Shown: positions 28,021-37,011 of the stretch, piece by piece
How positions within the stretch are numbered: the first letter of the stretch is position 1
How the letters are laid out: each line of letters begins with the position of its first letter
DNA from: Escherichia phage vB_EcoM_TH18
DNA: 64,000 nt
Direction: 5' to 3' (one strand)
Sequence record: ON075799
Notes under the pieces: model-generated
The model's database searches: none
What the model saw: only the letters and a program-made list of their open reading frames with translations
What the model was told of the DNA's origin: nothing
Program-made: the position numbers and the translations under genes

Positions 28021-28218
28021 ATGATAAAAGAACAGCCAGAAAATGATACTCAAAAATCACGTTTTCAGCAGTGGTTGGAACAACAACATGATCAGATTGA
28101 TGTGGATTGTGGTTGTGTTTCTATTGAAACATTCATGTATTGGTTACAAGTGGCGTATGAGGCAGGAGGAGATTTAAATGAACAATGGTTATCAACCTGT
28201 CATCTCGGAAATGGCTAA
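28021..28218 (+). CDS. hypothetical protein
   Basis: ATG 28021 with RBS GGGGGTGA. Confidence 0.45.
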   Translation: MIKEQPENDTQKSRFQQWLEQQHDQIDVDCGCVSIETFMYWLQVAYEAGGDLNEQWLSTCHLGNG

Positions 28219-28584
28219 TGTTTCTCTTCCACCTTCGTCACCAAGCCTTAAAGCAGCAACCCAACAACCAGTTGCTTGGCGGTATCGCTACGTGAAAAAA
28301 AAAGCGTTACGGACTCTCAGGGGGAGCCGTGGGTTGGTGACTGGAAATATGTACCGACAAAAGAAGATTGTAACGACAGACCAAACTACGAAATTCAGGC
28401 GTTATACACCACACCTGTAACCTTAGAAGGACTGGTTAAAGCAGTGCGCTTTTATGAACAGGTAAAGCGCGAGAATCCACCAGTCGAAACAGGAGCATGG
28501 AAAGACGCTGTTGACTGGGTGCTCAAAGAGGCATATAATGCAGTCAATAAAACAACACAGGACTTATCAAATTATGAAAATTGA
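28178..28584 (+). CDS. hypothetical protein requiring a -1 frameshift or slippage at an A9 tract (28295-28303), or frameshifted pseudogene
   Basis: Upstream frame 'MNNGYQ...PVAWRYRYVKKK' (RBS GGAGGA) continues sensibly only in the -1 frame 'SVTDSQGEPWVGDWKY...'; downstream ORF's own start is TTG without RBS. Confidence 0.45.
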
Positions 28585-28801
28585 CTACCAAGAATTACGT
28601 AAGTTAGCAGAGATAGCAAGAGATGGTGGTACTTATCAAGAAATAGCGGACTACCGTAGTATGGTAACACCGGAGGTTGTATTGTCACTTCTTGATGAAC
28701 TTAAGAAGTTAGAAGACACAAATATTGACGCTATGTGTCAAATTGCAGAACTTAAAATTAATATCAAGTTGTTGAAGGGAGAGGTGGTTAGCCATGACTG
28801 A
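28574..28801 (+). CDS. hypothetical protein (paralog of 29842..30075)
   Basis: 'MKIDYQELRKLAE...PEVVLSLLDEL' vs 'MTIDYQALREAAE...PETVLELLDEL'. Confidence 0.45.
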   Translation: MKIDYQELRKLAEIARDGGTYQEIADYRSMVTPEVVLSLLDELKKLEDTNIDAMCQIAELKINIKLLKGEVVSHD

Positions 28802-29213
28802 GAAATCAACGCATATTGATGAAATCAATCGTCTTGGCGCTAAATGTGCAACTCTTTTAGAAGAGAAATACCATGATAAAAAGAAAATCTCCGAACTTGC
28901 GACTCGTTGTGCAGAGCTATTAGCTGAAAATATAGTGCTGCACAGGGCAATTAAAGCTGTCCACAATGTTGCTGATGACTCCAGTGGGGTTGCCGATTGG
29001 CATTTGAATGGCGATATTTCTGCATGGGAAGAGGTTCTTCCTGAAATTTATGATATCAAGACCTGGGCCACCGATGCTTTCCTGGCTGAAGTGAGGGCGC
29101 AGGGTGTGGAGATGTTCTCAGAAAAATTCGGAGGTGGCACTCCGCTATCCAATATGGTCAAAGAGGTTGCGGCTGATTTTGCGGCGAAGCTTCGCAAAGG
29201 AGGCAACCAGTGA
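28794..29213 (+). CDS. hypothetical protein
   Basis: 139-aa ORF. Confidence 0.5.
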   Translation: MTEKSTHIDEINRLGAKCATLLEEKYHDKKKISELATRCAELLAENIVLHRAIKAVHNVADDSSGVADWHLNGDISAWEEVLPEIYDIKTWATDAFLAEVRAQGVEMFSEKFGGGTPLSNMVKEVAADFAAKLRKGGNQ

Positions 29214-29854
29214 ATAACCGCTTTTACATGATGTGCTTGCGTGAAACTGTGGGTAATAACGCCTCATTCCATTGCCATAACGGCAATGGTTACAGTTCTG
29301 ATATCGATCGCGCTCATGTTTACACGCTGGAAGAAGCCCAAAAAGCCTGGAATTGTGGACGAGATATCGATCAGCCTGTTTGCGCTGATAGCGTGGATGC
29401 AATGGCTGTGTGGCACGTTGATTGCCAGTACATCCCCACAGAAAGCCTGATTGAGTCAGATTGCACTGCGTATGTGGCCTACAAAAAAGGTAGCTGGAAC
29501 GGCAACGATGTTTACTGGCTTCAACACGGTGGATTGCCAACAGATGACTTCAGTAAAGCGACCATCTTTAGCGTCGCCAACAAAAACGAACCAGGAATAG
29601 TTTGGTTGCCATTTTCCATTGCTGATGCAGCAAAGCGTCGGACGTTCAATATCAATAACTTTAACCGCAGAACAATGGTTCAGGGCGCAGGTTTGGTCAT
29701 GCCTGACTGGTTGAAAGAGCAGAACAGAAGAAAGAAGTCGCGAAGCGGGAAGGTGCGTTGGAATTGTCCGCATTGCGGAAAAATAACCTGGCAGTACAGC
29801 CCATATGATTTTGAAGGCTGTAGTGATTACAACTGTGAAGGATGGCGAGAATGA
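29210..29854 (+). CDS. hypothetical protein with C-terminal Cys-rich zinc-ribbon-like segment; host-like codon usage
   Basis: 'WNCPHCGKITWQYSPYDFEGCSDYNCEGW'; GC-richer codons. Confidence 0.5.
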   Translation: MNNRFYMMCLRETVGNNASFHCHNGNGYSSDIDRAHVYTLEEAQKAWNCGRDIDQPVCADSVDAMAVWHVDCQYIPTESLIESDCTAYVAYKKGSWNGNDVYWLQHGGLPTDDFSKATIFSVANKNEPGIVWLPFSIADAAKRRTFNINNFNRRTMVQGAGLVMPDWLKEQNRRKKSRSGKVRWNCPHCGKITWQYSPYDFEGCSDYNCEGWRE

Positions 29855-30075
29855 CAATTGACTATCAGGCACTGCGTGAGGCGGCGGAACGTGCAATTCC
29901 AGCAATGGAACGCCTGTTAATGCTGCCAGTTGATGATGATTTGTTAAGTGAACAGGAACTTAAAGATTACGGTGTGGATATTGATGCGCTCAACGCCTTC
30001 AAATTTCTGGCCGGACCAGAAACCGTGCTGGAACTGCTGGATGAACTGGAAATTAAAGATGGAGATTGGACATGA
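29842..30075 (+). CDS. hypothetical protein (paralog of 28574..28801), host-like codon usage
   Basis: shared N- and C-terminal motifs; GC-rich codons. Confidence 0.45.
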   Translation: MARMTIDYQALREAAERAIPAMERLLMLPVDDDLLSEQELKDYGVDIDALNAFKFLAGPETVLELLDELEIKDGDWT

Positions 30076-30347
30076 CAAACAAGAAGTTAACAGGCGAACA
30101 ACTTGTTGAGAATCTTAAAGAGAAACTTTGCAACAACCCCTCTTTGGAAGAGAAGTTGTTACTTAAATATTTCGAAGATAATGTGGATATGCTCCCTGTA
30201 GAGTATGCTTGCCCAGAGGGTTTCCACAAAGCATTTCGACAAGTGGATGTATGTAAGAAAGGCTATCAAGATATGGTTATTTGGAGTATTCTTTCAGGAG
30301 GGGATTCTGGAAGGATTTGGGAAGTTATAGAAGAGTTTTTCTCCTGA
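30072..30347 (+). CDS. hypothetical protein
   Basis: ATG 30072 (ATGA overlap) after GGAG. Confidence 0.45.
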   Translation: MTNKKLTGEQLVENLKEKLCNNPSLEEKLLLKYFEDNVDMLPVEYACPEGFHKAFRQVDVCKKGYQDMVIWSILSGGDSGRIWEVIEEFFS

Positions 30348-30354
30348 AGTTGTC

Positions 30355-30540
30355 ATGAAATTTTTATCTGCATTAAGTATTCTCTTCATAGCATTAAAGT
30401 TGTGTGAGATTATAGACTGGTCTTGGTGGTTAGTTCTTGCCCCTCTATACCTACCATGGGCAATTGTTGTTGTTCCTCCTTTAATTATAGCAGTTACAGC
30501 TTTTGTGCTATCTTTTCTTCCAGAAAAAGATAAAAAATAA
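30355..30540 (+). CDS. small membrane protein (two predicted TM helices)
   Basis: 61 aa, 'LSILFIALKL' and 'LVLAPLYLPWAIVVVPPLIIAVTAFVL' hydrophobic segments. Confidence 0.45.
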   Translation: MKFLSALSILFIALKLCEIIDWSWWLVLAPLYLPWAIVVVPPLIIAVTAFVLSFLPEKDKK

Positions 30541-30542
30541 TC

Positions 30543-30571
30543 TTGACATAAAGAACCTCATGGTGTAATAT
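30543..30571 (+). promoter_or_regulatory. strong sigma70-type promoter
   Basis: TTGACA-N17-TAATAT, 31 bp upstream of ATG 30603. Confidence 0.6.
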
Positions 30572-30602
30572 GTAATACTCAGCAACCTTGTAAGGAATAG
30601 AT

Positions 30603-30944
30603 ATGTCTAAAGAAAAACAAACACCTGAAAACAAAGAAGATATCCGTTTTCTTGATCTTGATGAAGGGCAATTTGGAACAATTGTATACTTGTCCAGCGC
30701 TAGCCACCAGATGGGAACAGTAATAGGGTCGAAAGAAATTCGAGAAGAGATGCTAAAGCTCATCCAAAGTGGTAACTATAAAACTGTAGAGGATGCAATT
30801 TCATGGATCCGAGGACACCGTGACAATTTGTTGAAATTAAACACTGCTTCCGCTTTTGCATTGAACCTGCTAAATCAAGTTGAAGATTTAGTGGTAGATA
30901 AGATGTTGAGCGTCGGAAACGAAACTGCTGAAGGCGTTAAGTAA
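30603..30944 (+). CDS. hypothetical protein
   Basis: 113-aa ORF behind strong promoter, RBS AAGGA. Confidence 0.55.
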   Translation: MSKEKQTPENKEDIRFLDLDEGQFGTIVYLSSASHQMGTVIGSKEIREEMLKLIQSGNYKTVEDAISWIRGHRDNLLKLNTASAFALNLLNQVEDLVVDKMLSVGNETAEGVK

Positions 30945-30958
30945 TAAAAGGAGAGAGA

Positions 30959-32131
30959 ATGAGCGTAATCAATGAATTTAAGAATCCAATCAACGGAAAA
31001 GTTGATTATTTTGCAAAAGGTTTTATCAAGTATGTTAATATTCGTCCAGTGAAAAACGCTGACGCAGACGGTATCCGACGTACCCATATCCCTGCTCGCA
31101 ACGGGCAACCAGCTAAAGTTATTGAGGCTACGCACTCAATCAGTTTCCTGATGCAAGAAGTTGACGACAATAACAACGTTATTGACCAACAAAGTCAAGG
31201 TGAATGGATTTCCATGGGTGAGAAAAAACTTCACCCAAACCATGCAGACAAAATTCAGGTAAAATTTGATTCTGGATACAAAGATATTGTGGCGGGGATG
31301 GTTGTTTCTTTCCCTCTCAAAATTACTAAAAGTGGGGATAAAACGTATACAAACGGCACTTTAAACGGAAAGACTTTCAGCATTCTCGATGAAAGTAAAG
31401 TTGGTCAAAGTGCTCCTCGCCAGCAATCTTCTACTCAATCTCCTGCAAATGCCCAAATTAAAGGCACTAAAATTTATGGTGAGATTGCTGCAATCGTTGG
31501 CAATGTGGTGACAGTTAATGATGAGAAGAATGGTCAAGGAAACCTTGTCCTAACAGATGAGCAATTGGCGCAAGTTACGGTAGGTGGTCGTGTCACTGCG
31601 ATTGTTAACCTAAGTGATGGTACGGTCTTAAGTGGGTTTAAAGCCTACGGTCCTGCTGGGCAGACTAAGAAGTCATCTGGCGGCTATGATGCTTTAGGTG
31701 TTGCTTGTGGGCACGGCATCAACGGTGTGAAGGAACTCATTAAAGCTGGTTTTAAGATTGAGGATCGTCTCTCTGCTGCGAAAATGGTTCACAACGCTAC
31801 AGTAGCTATGAAGGCTTTTGTGGCAGAGAGAACAGGAAAAGATGCGGAATCTAATGCGGTAGGTGCTAGTGCTGGTAATGCTATCTTAGTAGCTTGTGCT
31901 TTGTATCATCAAGCCGATAAACTAACAGAAGATGGTATTCTGAATGCCGCTAAAGATGTTTACTTAACGCTGTCAGAGCCGTTTTACGAGTTCTTATCTA
32001 AAGGCGATGGAAAGACACAACAAGAGAACAAACAGGATGCTAAGGAACCTTTGAACAGTTCTAACAGCGATATTCCGAATATGGAATCGCCAGCACCTGA
32101 GTTTGACTTCGATGACAGCATTCCTTTCTAA
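30959..32131 (+). CDS. single-stranded DNA-binding protein (SSB-like)
   Basis: acidic C-terminal tail '...EFDFDDSIPF' like E. coli SSB 'DFDDDIPF'; Gly/Gln-rich linker. Confidence 0.55.
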   Translation: MSVINEFKNPINGKVDYFAKGFIKYVNIRPVKNADADGIRRTHIPARNGQPAKVIEATHSISFLMQEVDDNNNVIDQQSQGEWISMGEKKLHPNHADKIQVKFDSGYKDIVAGMVVSFPLKITKSGDKTYTNGTLNGKTFSILDESKVGQSAPRQQSSTQSPANAQIKGTKIYGEIAAIVGNVVTVNDEKNGQGNLVLTDEQLAQVTVGGRVTAIVNLSDGTVLSGFKAYGPAGQTKKSSGGYDALGVACGHGINGVKELIKAGFKIEDRLSAAKMVHNATVAMKAFVAERTGKDAESNAVGASAGNAILVACALYHQADKLTEDGILNAAKDVYLTLSEPFYEFLSKGDGKTQQENKQDAKEPLNSSNSDIPNMESPAPEFDFDDSIPF

Positions 32132-32156
32132 AAGTAACATTTGTTAATATAAAAAA

Positions 32157-32182
32157 GGGAGCTTTTAGCTCCCTTTTCTTTT
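32157..32182. terminator. bidirectional intrinsic terminator at convergence of early and late blocks
   Basis: GGGAGCT-TTT-AGCTCCC flanked by A6 and TTTTCTTTT. Confidence 0.6.
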
Positions 32183-32186
32183 GCTA

Positions 32187-34130
32187 TCACGCCACATTAA
32201 TATTAAATTTCGCCAACGGCGATGTAATGTCACCTTTACTGGTTGTTTGAACATATGCAACACCAAATAAAACCGTACCCGCAGCATATCCGTATTGTTT
32301 TACTTGATCTGCGTGGGTAAATGTGTAACTATTAGTGGTCAATGTTTGTTGAGATATAACATCCCCTGTCAGGACATCAAAGTTAACAAGGGAGAACTTG
32401 TTATAATCTCTGGTATCCCATGACAAAAGAATGTCTTGGTTAGCTTGTCTTACTGCCTTTCCTCCACTAGGAACTTTCATATCCACCCAAGCAGGAGGTG
32501 TGCTCGACAAGTCTTCCATGTTAGCCAAGGATATCGCAGCATTCTTATAAATTGTTGGTCGGTACTGTATTCTTAAACCATTACCTGCCCCAGAAACAAC
32601 ATAATTGCCATAGTCTTCAGCACCATCAACCCAAGAGCCAATTATAACGTCGCCATTGGAATCTGCCACCAACTGTTGTTGAATATTTCTATAACGATAC
32701 CACTCAACACCACCTACCTCAACACTACCATCAAAGCATCTACCAAGAGTCTGCAATACAATCTTGGCTTCTGGGTTTGCAATAGCAGAACGGATATTAT
32801 CAAAGATTGCGGTCATAGCAGACTGAAAACGAGCATCATCGCTATGTTTCCCTTCTTCTTTTGCTGCTGCCACCATAGCATCTTGCTCTCCTAACGACCA
32901 GAAAACAGCCTTAATTTTATCCTTATAAGGTTTAACCTTCGCAAGGAATTGTGTTAGACATGGACCTGCTGTGGAGGAACTAACGTCATACCAGTAATTT
33001 GTGGCTGGCCCTGTAGAGGAGTTTGCCTGTGCTTCTGCACAAGATGCAATGAATGTGGCATTTATTGGTAATACCTCTGCTGGGTAAAACCCTTTGTGAA
33101 GAGCATACTCATTACGTGCTACGGTTGCACTTTGGCTTGTTTTGTCCCTACCGGAAAAAGAATTAAAATGCGCTGCTGCGTTATCGCCGCCAGCAAAAAC
33201 AAGCACCTCTTTAACAAAAGAGTCGTCAACAGTAACATTATTATTAAAAGCTATAGGTATTGTTTCTGGATTTGATCCTTTGATGTGCACAATAAGATAT
33301 GTAGGGGCAAATCCAAAGATAGGGACTGACTCTGTAACATCAAAGAATACAAATGTGTCTTTGGTTTTCTTACTCCACACAACCTCCATCCCCTCAGAGT
33401 CATAAACCTCTACGGTATAAATATCATCCGAGGAGGGAAATTGAACATCCCACGCTATCTTAATGTCACCATAGCTGTTGGCTACAGCAGTAGGATTTGT
33501 AAGTGCTGGAGCTATATCTACATATACATCGGTAAGTGTCGTTACTATCACATCTCTATAGGTTCCTTTCATACCACAATGCCCGACACCTCTACCAGCA
33601 CATGTAATGATACCACTAGGAGCCAGACTTAATACATCAGGTGTTTCAGAAACTGCGGTGACATAAAAATCATCATCCTCCATAACTTCTGCTGGAGAGA
33701 TGTTAAAGCCAATCATATTCCTATTCGGATTGCCTGGGTCAAAAGACGGGTCGCCTTTATAGACAAACCAGAATCTATCTCCAACACTTCTACTGCCTAT
33801 AGGATCAACATCAATGCGTAATGTGTCAACATGACCATTGATTTGTGCTGTCAAGGTCTTTTCTTCATCTCCTTTACCCGTCTTTGCAGACATTGTAATG
33901 ATAAAATCACCATCTTCAAGAAAAGATACTAACCCTGTAGGGTCAACAGATACAATCGTCGGTTTGTCTGGTGTAAACGTTATATCATGCAAGTCTGCAC
34001 CTTCCGGCACAACAGACCATATTAATTGTGCTTTGCCTCCTTTAAGACACGTACCGAGGGAGGTTAAGGAAACGGAGTTGGCTAGAGGGTTATTGGAAAT
34101 AATGATATAAAAACAAGGAATTGGATACAT
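32187..34130 (-). CDS. tail fiber/tailspike protein, possibly with carbohydrate esterase-like domain
   Basis: 648 aa from ATG 34130 (RBS AGGAGG); position in fiber cluster; esterase call is weak. Confidence 0.45.
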   Translation of the reverse strand: MYPIPCFYIIISNNPLANSVSLTSLGTCLKGGKAQLIWSVVPEGADLHDITFTPDKPTIVSVDPTGLVSFLEDGDFIITMSAKTGKGDEEKTLTAQINGHVDTLRIDVDPIGSRSVGDRFWFVYKGDPSFDPGNPNRNMIGFNISPAEVMEDDDFYVTAVSETPDVLSLAPSGIITCAGRGVGHCGMKGTYRDVIVTTLTDVYVDIAPALTNPTAVANSYGDIKIAWDVQFPSSDDIYTVEVYDSEGMEVVWSKKTKDTFVFFDVTESVPIFGFAPTYLIVHIKGSNPETIPIAFNNNVTVDDSFVKEVLVFAGGDNAAAHFNSFSGRDKTSQSATVARNEYALHKGFYPAEVLPINATFIASCAEAQANSSTGPATNYWYDVSSSTAGPCLTQFLAKVKPYKDKIKAVFWSLGEQDAMVAAAKEEGKHSDDARFQSAMTAIFDNIRSAIANPEAKIVLQTLGRCFDGSVEVGGVEWYRYRNIQQQLVADSNGDVIIGSWVDGAEDYGNYVVSGAGNGLRIQYRPTIYKNAAISLANMEDLSSTPPAWVDMKVPSGGKAVRQANQDILLSWDTRDYNKFSLVNFDVLTGDVISQQTLTTNSYTFTHADQVKQYGYAAGTVLFGVAYVQTTSKGDITSPLAKFNINVA

Positions 34131-34146
34131 TACTCCTCCTAAAACA

Positions 34147-34166
34147 AAGGCCACAACTGTGGCCTT
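34147..34166 (-). terminator. intrinsic terminator/attenuator between fiber genes
   Basis: AAGGCCAC-AACT-GTGGCCTT then TTTGTTTT on minus strand. Confidence 0.45.
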
Positions 34167-34171
34167 TTATA

Positions 34172-35926
34172 TTATGGTTGTGGTCTGCGGACAATAACAG
34201 TGTCAACAACCCCATCTTCAACACCATTAAATGTCAATTGAAGGATGGTAACTGAATTTGCTGCTGTATTAACAGTTTCACTGTTAAGGACAACATAATT
34301 AGGATCCAGAGTTATACTGTGTCCACCTGTGGCATCCTGCGTCAGATAAATCATAGCGGAGAAAGGTTGTTGTGGGTCAGGCCATGCTCCGATTGTCAGA
34401 TTCTTATTCACTGTGACATTATAAATGTTGGATGTGCCACTTGGTGTCCATGTTGCCGTTGGGTCGCCAACTTCTTCCGATTGTAAAGTTAGGAAACCCA
34501 CATTGGTGGAAGAAAGTTGTGTCTGACCGTTAACAAATAACTGATTTGTCGTTACACTATTTTGGGAAGAGAGAGATGCTACGTTAACATTCTGACCTGT
34601 TAAATCAATCGTAATACCGGATACAGTTCCCTTGACAATCAAATTGTTTACTGTCGTTGTGCCAGAAGATCTATTTAAGACTACATCACCATCAGAGACA
34701 ATTTTACCAAGGTTAGAAGTTCCGTTAACCGTCAGATCACCGTCTACAGATCCGTCGCCAGTCGCAGTGAATCCCTCCCCCAAAGTTAATAGCCCTGTGA
34801 CATTACCAGTTGTAGAGGAGAAATCTTTGAGGCTGGCTTGCCCATTAACAACAAGGTTGTTAGTAACTTCTAAGCTCTCACATGTTGTACTGTTGAGATT
34901 GGTATTACCATTGACTTGTAAATCACCACCTACAGTAACCCCTTGTGCCGTTGTTACAGAATTAGGCGAGATATCTTCCCCATTGACAGAAAAAGAAAGT
35001 CCTGTTACAGTACCTGTAATCTTTAAGTTTTCAAGCTCTGTCATCCCAGAAACTTTAAGACGAGCTTCAGAGGGGTCTTTTTTAGAGTTGCCTGTAATAT
35101 AAACATAGTCGAAGGTATTATTACCAAGACCTGTGAAAGACATTGTTGTATTGTCTGCTACTGGCACACCGTTTATAATGATGTCTGTATGTAGCTGATG
35201 TGTCTGCGCTGAGTATGCTTCAAGCCTTGTTTTTATAAACGTCGGGTTAGAATCATCACTGTAGGCAAAAGATAAACTTGAATTATCTTTTGTTAAGATA
35301 AGATTCTGGAATTTTCCTGTTTGATTGTCAGCGTTAACAGGCCCATTAAATGTTGATACACCGCCAACAGAAAGCGTATTAAGACTCGCTAAACCTGTTA
35401 CAGTAAGATCCGCGAATGTACCATTTCCACCCGCAATCCCAGCTAAAGCAGTAGCAATAGCTCTAGTAACGAATTGTGTTGTTGCTAGTGTTGTGCTGTT
35501 ACTATCTGCTGATGGTGTTGGTGCTTGAGGGTTCCCTGTAAAGATAGGACTGTCAATAGGCGCAAATAGTTGCGACATAGATTCTGAATCGTTGTATAAT
35601 CTCCAGTTAACATTGTTGATCGGGTTAGAAGGCAACACCACCGGAGAGCTTTCAGTTGCACCGGGGGCATACCACCATTGGACACCTCTTTCCCCTGTAT
35701 AAGCATACAACTGATTAAATACTGTTGCCTGTTGCCCAGCAACCCACGGCAGTGGAGGTGTTTTAAAGAATAAATTGTCAAAAAATGCTTTTCTGACTGT
35801 AGGTATCAGACTACCATCCTCTGTAACTACAGTTTCAGTTGCTGTTCCATTGACAATTTTATGAAGGCGTTCAGAATCTTCTACAACCTGATCTACCGCC
35901 TGTTCAAATTTAGTCATGTCCGCCAC
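34172..35926 (-). CDS. tail fiber protein
   Basis: 'SPIFTGNPQAPTPSADSNSTTLATTQFV' conserved fiber N-region motif; Gly/Thr/Asn/Ser-rich repeats. Confidence 0.65.
   Translation of the reverse strand: MADMTKFEQAVDQVVEDSERLHKIVNGTATETVVTEDGSLIPTVRKAFFDNLFFKTPPLPWVAGQQATVFNQLYAYTGERGVQWWYAPGATESSPVVLPSNPINNVNWRLYNDSESMSQLFAPIDSPIFTGNPQAPTPSADSNSTTLATTQFVTRAIATALAGIAGGNGTFADLTVTGLASLNTLSVGGVSTFNGPVNADNQTGKFQNLILTKDNSSLSFAYSDDSNPTFIKTRLEAYSAQTHQLHTDIIINGVPVADNTTMSFTGLGNNTFDYVYITGNSKKDPSEARLKVSGMTELENLKITGTVTGLSFSVNGEDISPNSVTTAQGVTVGGDLQVNGNTNLNSTTCESLEVTNNLVVNGQASLKDFSSTTGNVTGLLTLGEGFTATGDGSVDGDLTVNGTSNLGKIVSDGDVVLNRSSGTTTVNNLIVKGTVSGITIDLTGQNVNVASLSSQNSVTTNQLFVNGQTQLSSTNVGFLTLQSEEVGDPTATWTPSGTSNIYNVTVNKNLTIGAWPDPQQPFSAMIYLTQDATGGHSITLDPNYVVLNSETVNTAANSVTILQLTFNGVEDGVVDTVIVRRPQP
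35514..35554. repeat. 41-bp exact DNA repeat (copy 1) shared with 58173..58213
   Basis: GGTGTTGGTGCTTGAGGGTTCCCTGTAAAGATAGGACTGTC, encodes 'DSPIFTGNPQAPTP' on minus strand. Confidence 0.8.
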
Positions 35927-35936
35927 AAGAATCTCC

Positions 35937-36200
35937 TTATTGGTCTGACTCTTCTCTACGTTGTGATTCTACACCCCAGCGTAGGGATATTAACTTACTT
36001 ATTAACTGTGGAGCAGCCACTGTGGGGGCATACACCCACATATACCACTCCGTTAATGTGCCTTTGAAACCCCAATCTAAAAAAACTGCTGTCATTGCAG
36101 CTAATCCGATATTACTCCAAAATTTAGTGTGGGAGGCCTTTTCTGGATTTACTGGGGATCTGACAAGATCTTTTAAAAATTTCAATATTGATTTTAGCAT
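35937..36200 (-). CDS. small membrane protein (holin-like topology)
   Basis: 87 aa, hydrophobic segments then charged C-terminus 'ESQRREESDQ'. Confidence 0.4.
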   Translation of the reverse strand: MLKSILKFLKDLVRSPVNPEKASHTKFWSNIGLAAMTAVFLDWGFKGTLTEWYMWVYAPTVAAPQLISKLISLRWGVESQRREESDQ

Positions 36201-36215
36201 AATACATTAGAATCC

Positions 36216-36689
36216 TCAATAATTTACTCCAGGAACAATTCTGGCTATAATTATGAAACCAACAACAACAGAAGTCTCAAGCAATTCTTTTATTGTACCG
36301 CTTTTGTATGCGGCGCATAATAAAAGAACTTCCATAAATGTTGGATATGATGAATTTATCGTGAAGCCTAATGCGTTTGGTAAAATAAATGGGAACTGCA
36401 TAACTAAAATTTGGCAAAACAGAACAGGAAGAGATAGTACAAGCATTAGCTTTTTTCTCCATCCTGTCAAAACACATGCAGTAAAGAAAATCAGAGATAT
36501 ATCAAGGAACCAACAGAAAGTTAGGTAGAGTGACAAGTCAAATGCGTAGATATGGTAACAGAACCACCAGTATAATATATTCTCTGACACGATATGAACC
36601 ATGCCAAATACTGACATGGCTCGGATCCCCTTATCATTATCAAGAAGTAGCACTGCAAAGCATATAAAGTACAGTGCAGAACTTATCAT
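36216..36689 (-). CDS. polytopic membrane protein
   Basis: 157 aa with about four hydrophobic helices. Confidence 0.5.
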   Translation of the reverse strand: MISSALYFICFAVLLLDNDKGIRAMSVFGMVHIVSENILYWWFCYHIYAFDLSLYLTFCWFLDISLIFFTACVLTGWRKKLMLVLSLPVLFCQILVMQFPFILPNALGFTINSSYPTFMEVLLLCAAYKSGTIKELLETSVVVGFIIIARIVPGVNY

Positions 36690-37000
36690 TTCATTTGGCT
36701 CTCTATAAGAATTTTAAGTTGATCTATAAGATCAACTCTCAAACTGCTCACATCCTCTTTTAAATCTTTTCTAAAATCTGAAACATCGTCGCGGACAGCT
36801 TTCAGCTTTTTATCAAGAATCTCATCAAGTTTCTCTTTAGTGACCATCTCTGCCTTAATTCTTATGATGTCCCTATCAAGTTCATCAAGACGTTGTTGTG
36901 TCTTTTTATAGTCTGAGTATGTTAACTTCAGAACACCAACTAAGAAAAACGTCAATACGCCCCATACGGCTTTTAAGATAGCAAATAGGTCAATAGACAT
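36686..37000 (-). CDS. membrane-anchored coiled-coil protein (i-spanin-like topology)
   Basis: N-terminal TM 'LFAILKAVWGVLTFFLVGVL' then charged coiled coil. Confidence 0.45.
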   Translation of the reverse strand: MSIDLFAILKAVWGVLTFFLVGVLKLTYSDYKKTQQRLDELDRDIIRIKAEMVTKEKLDEILDKKLKAVRDDVSDFRKDLKEDVSSLRVDLIDQLKILIESQMK

Positions 37001-37011
37001 TCTTTAGCTCC

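Noticed and set aside
28276-28584. Independent gene starting at 28276 (ORF-track start)
   Set aside because: The start codon at 28276 is TTG with no RBS and the N-terminal seven residues lie before the A9 tract; more likely the continuation of the 28178 gene after a frame shift.
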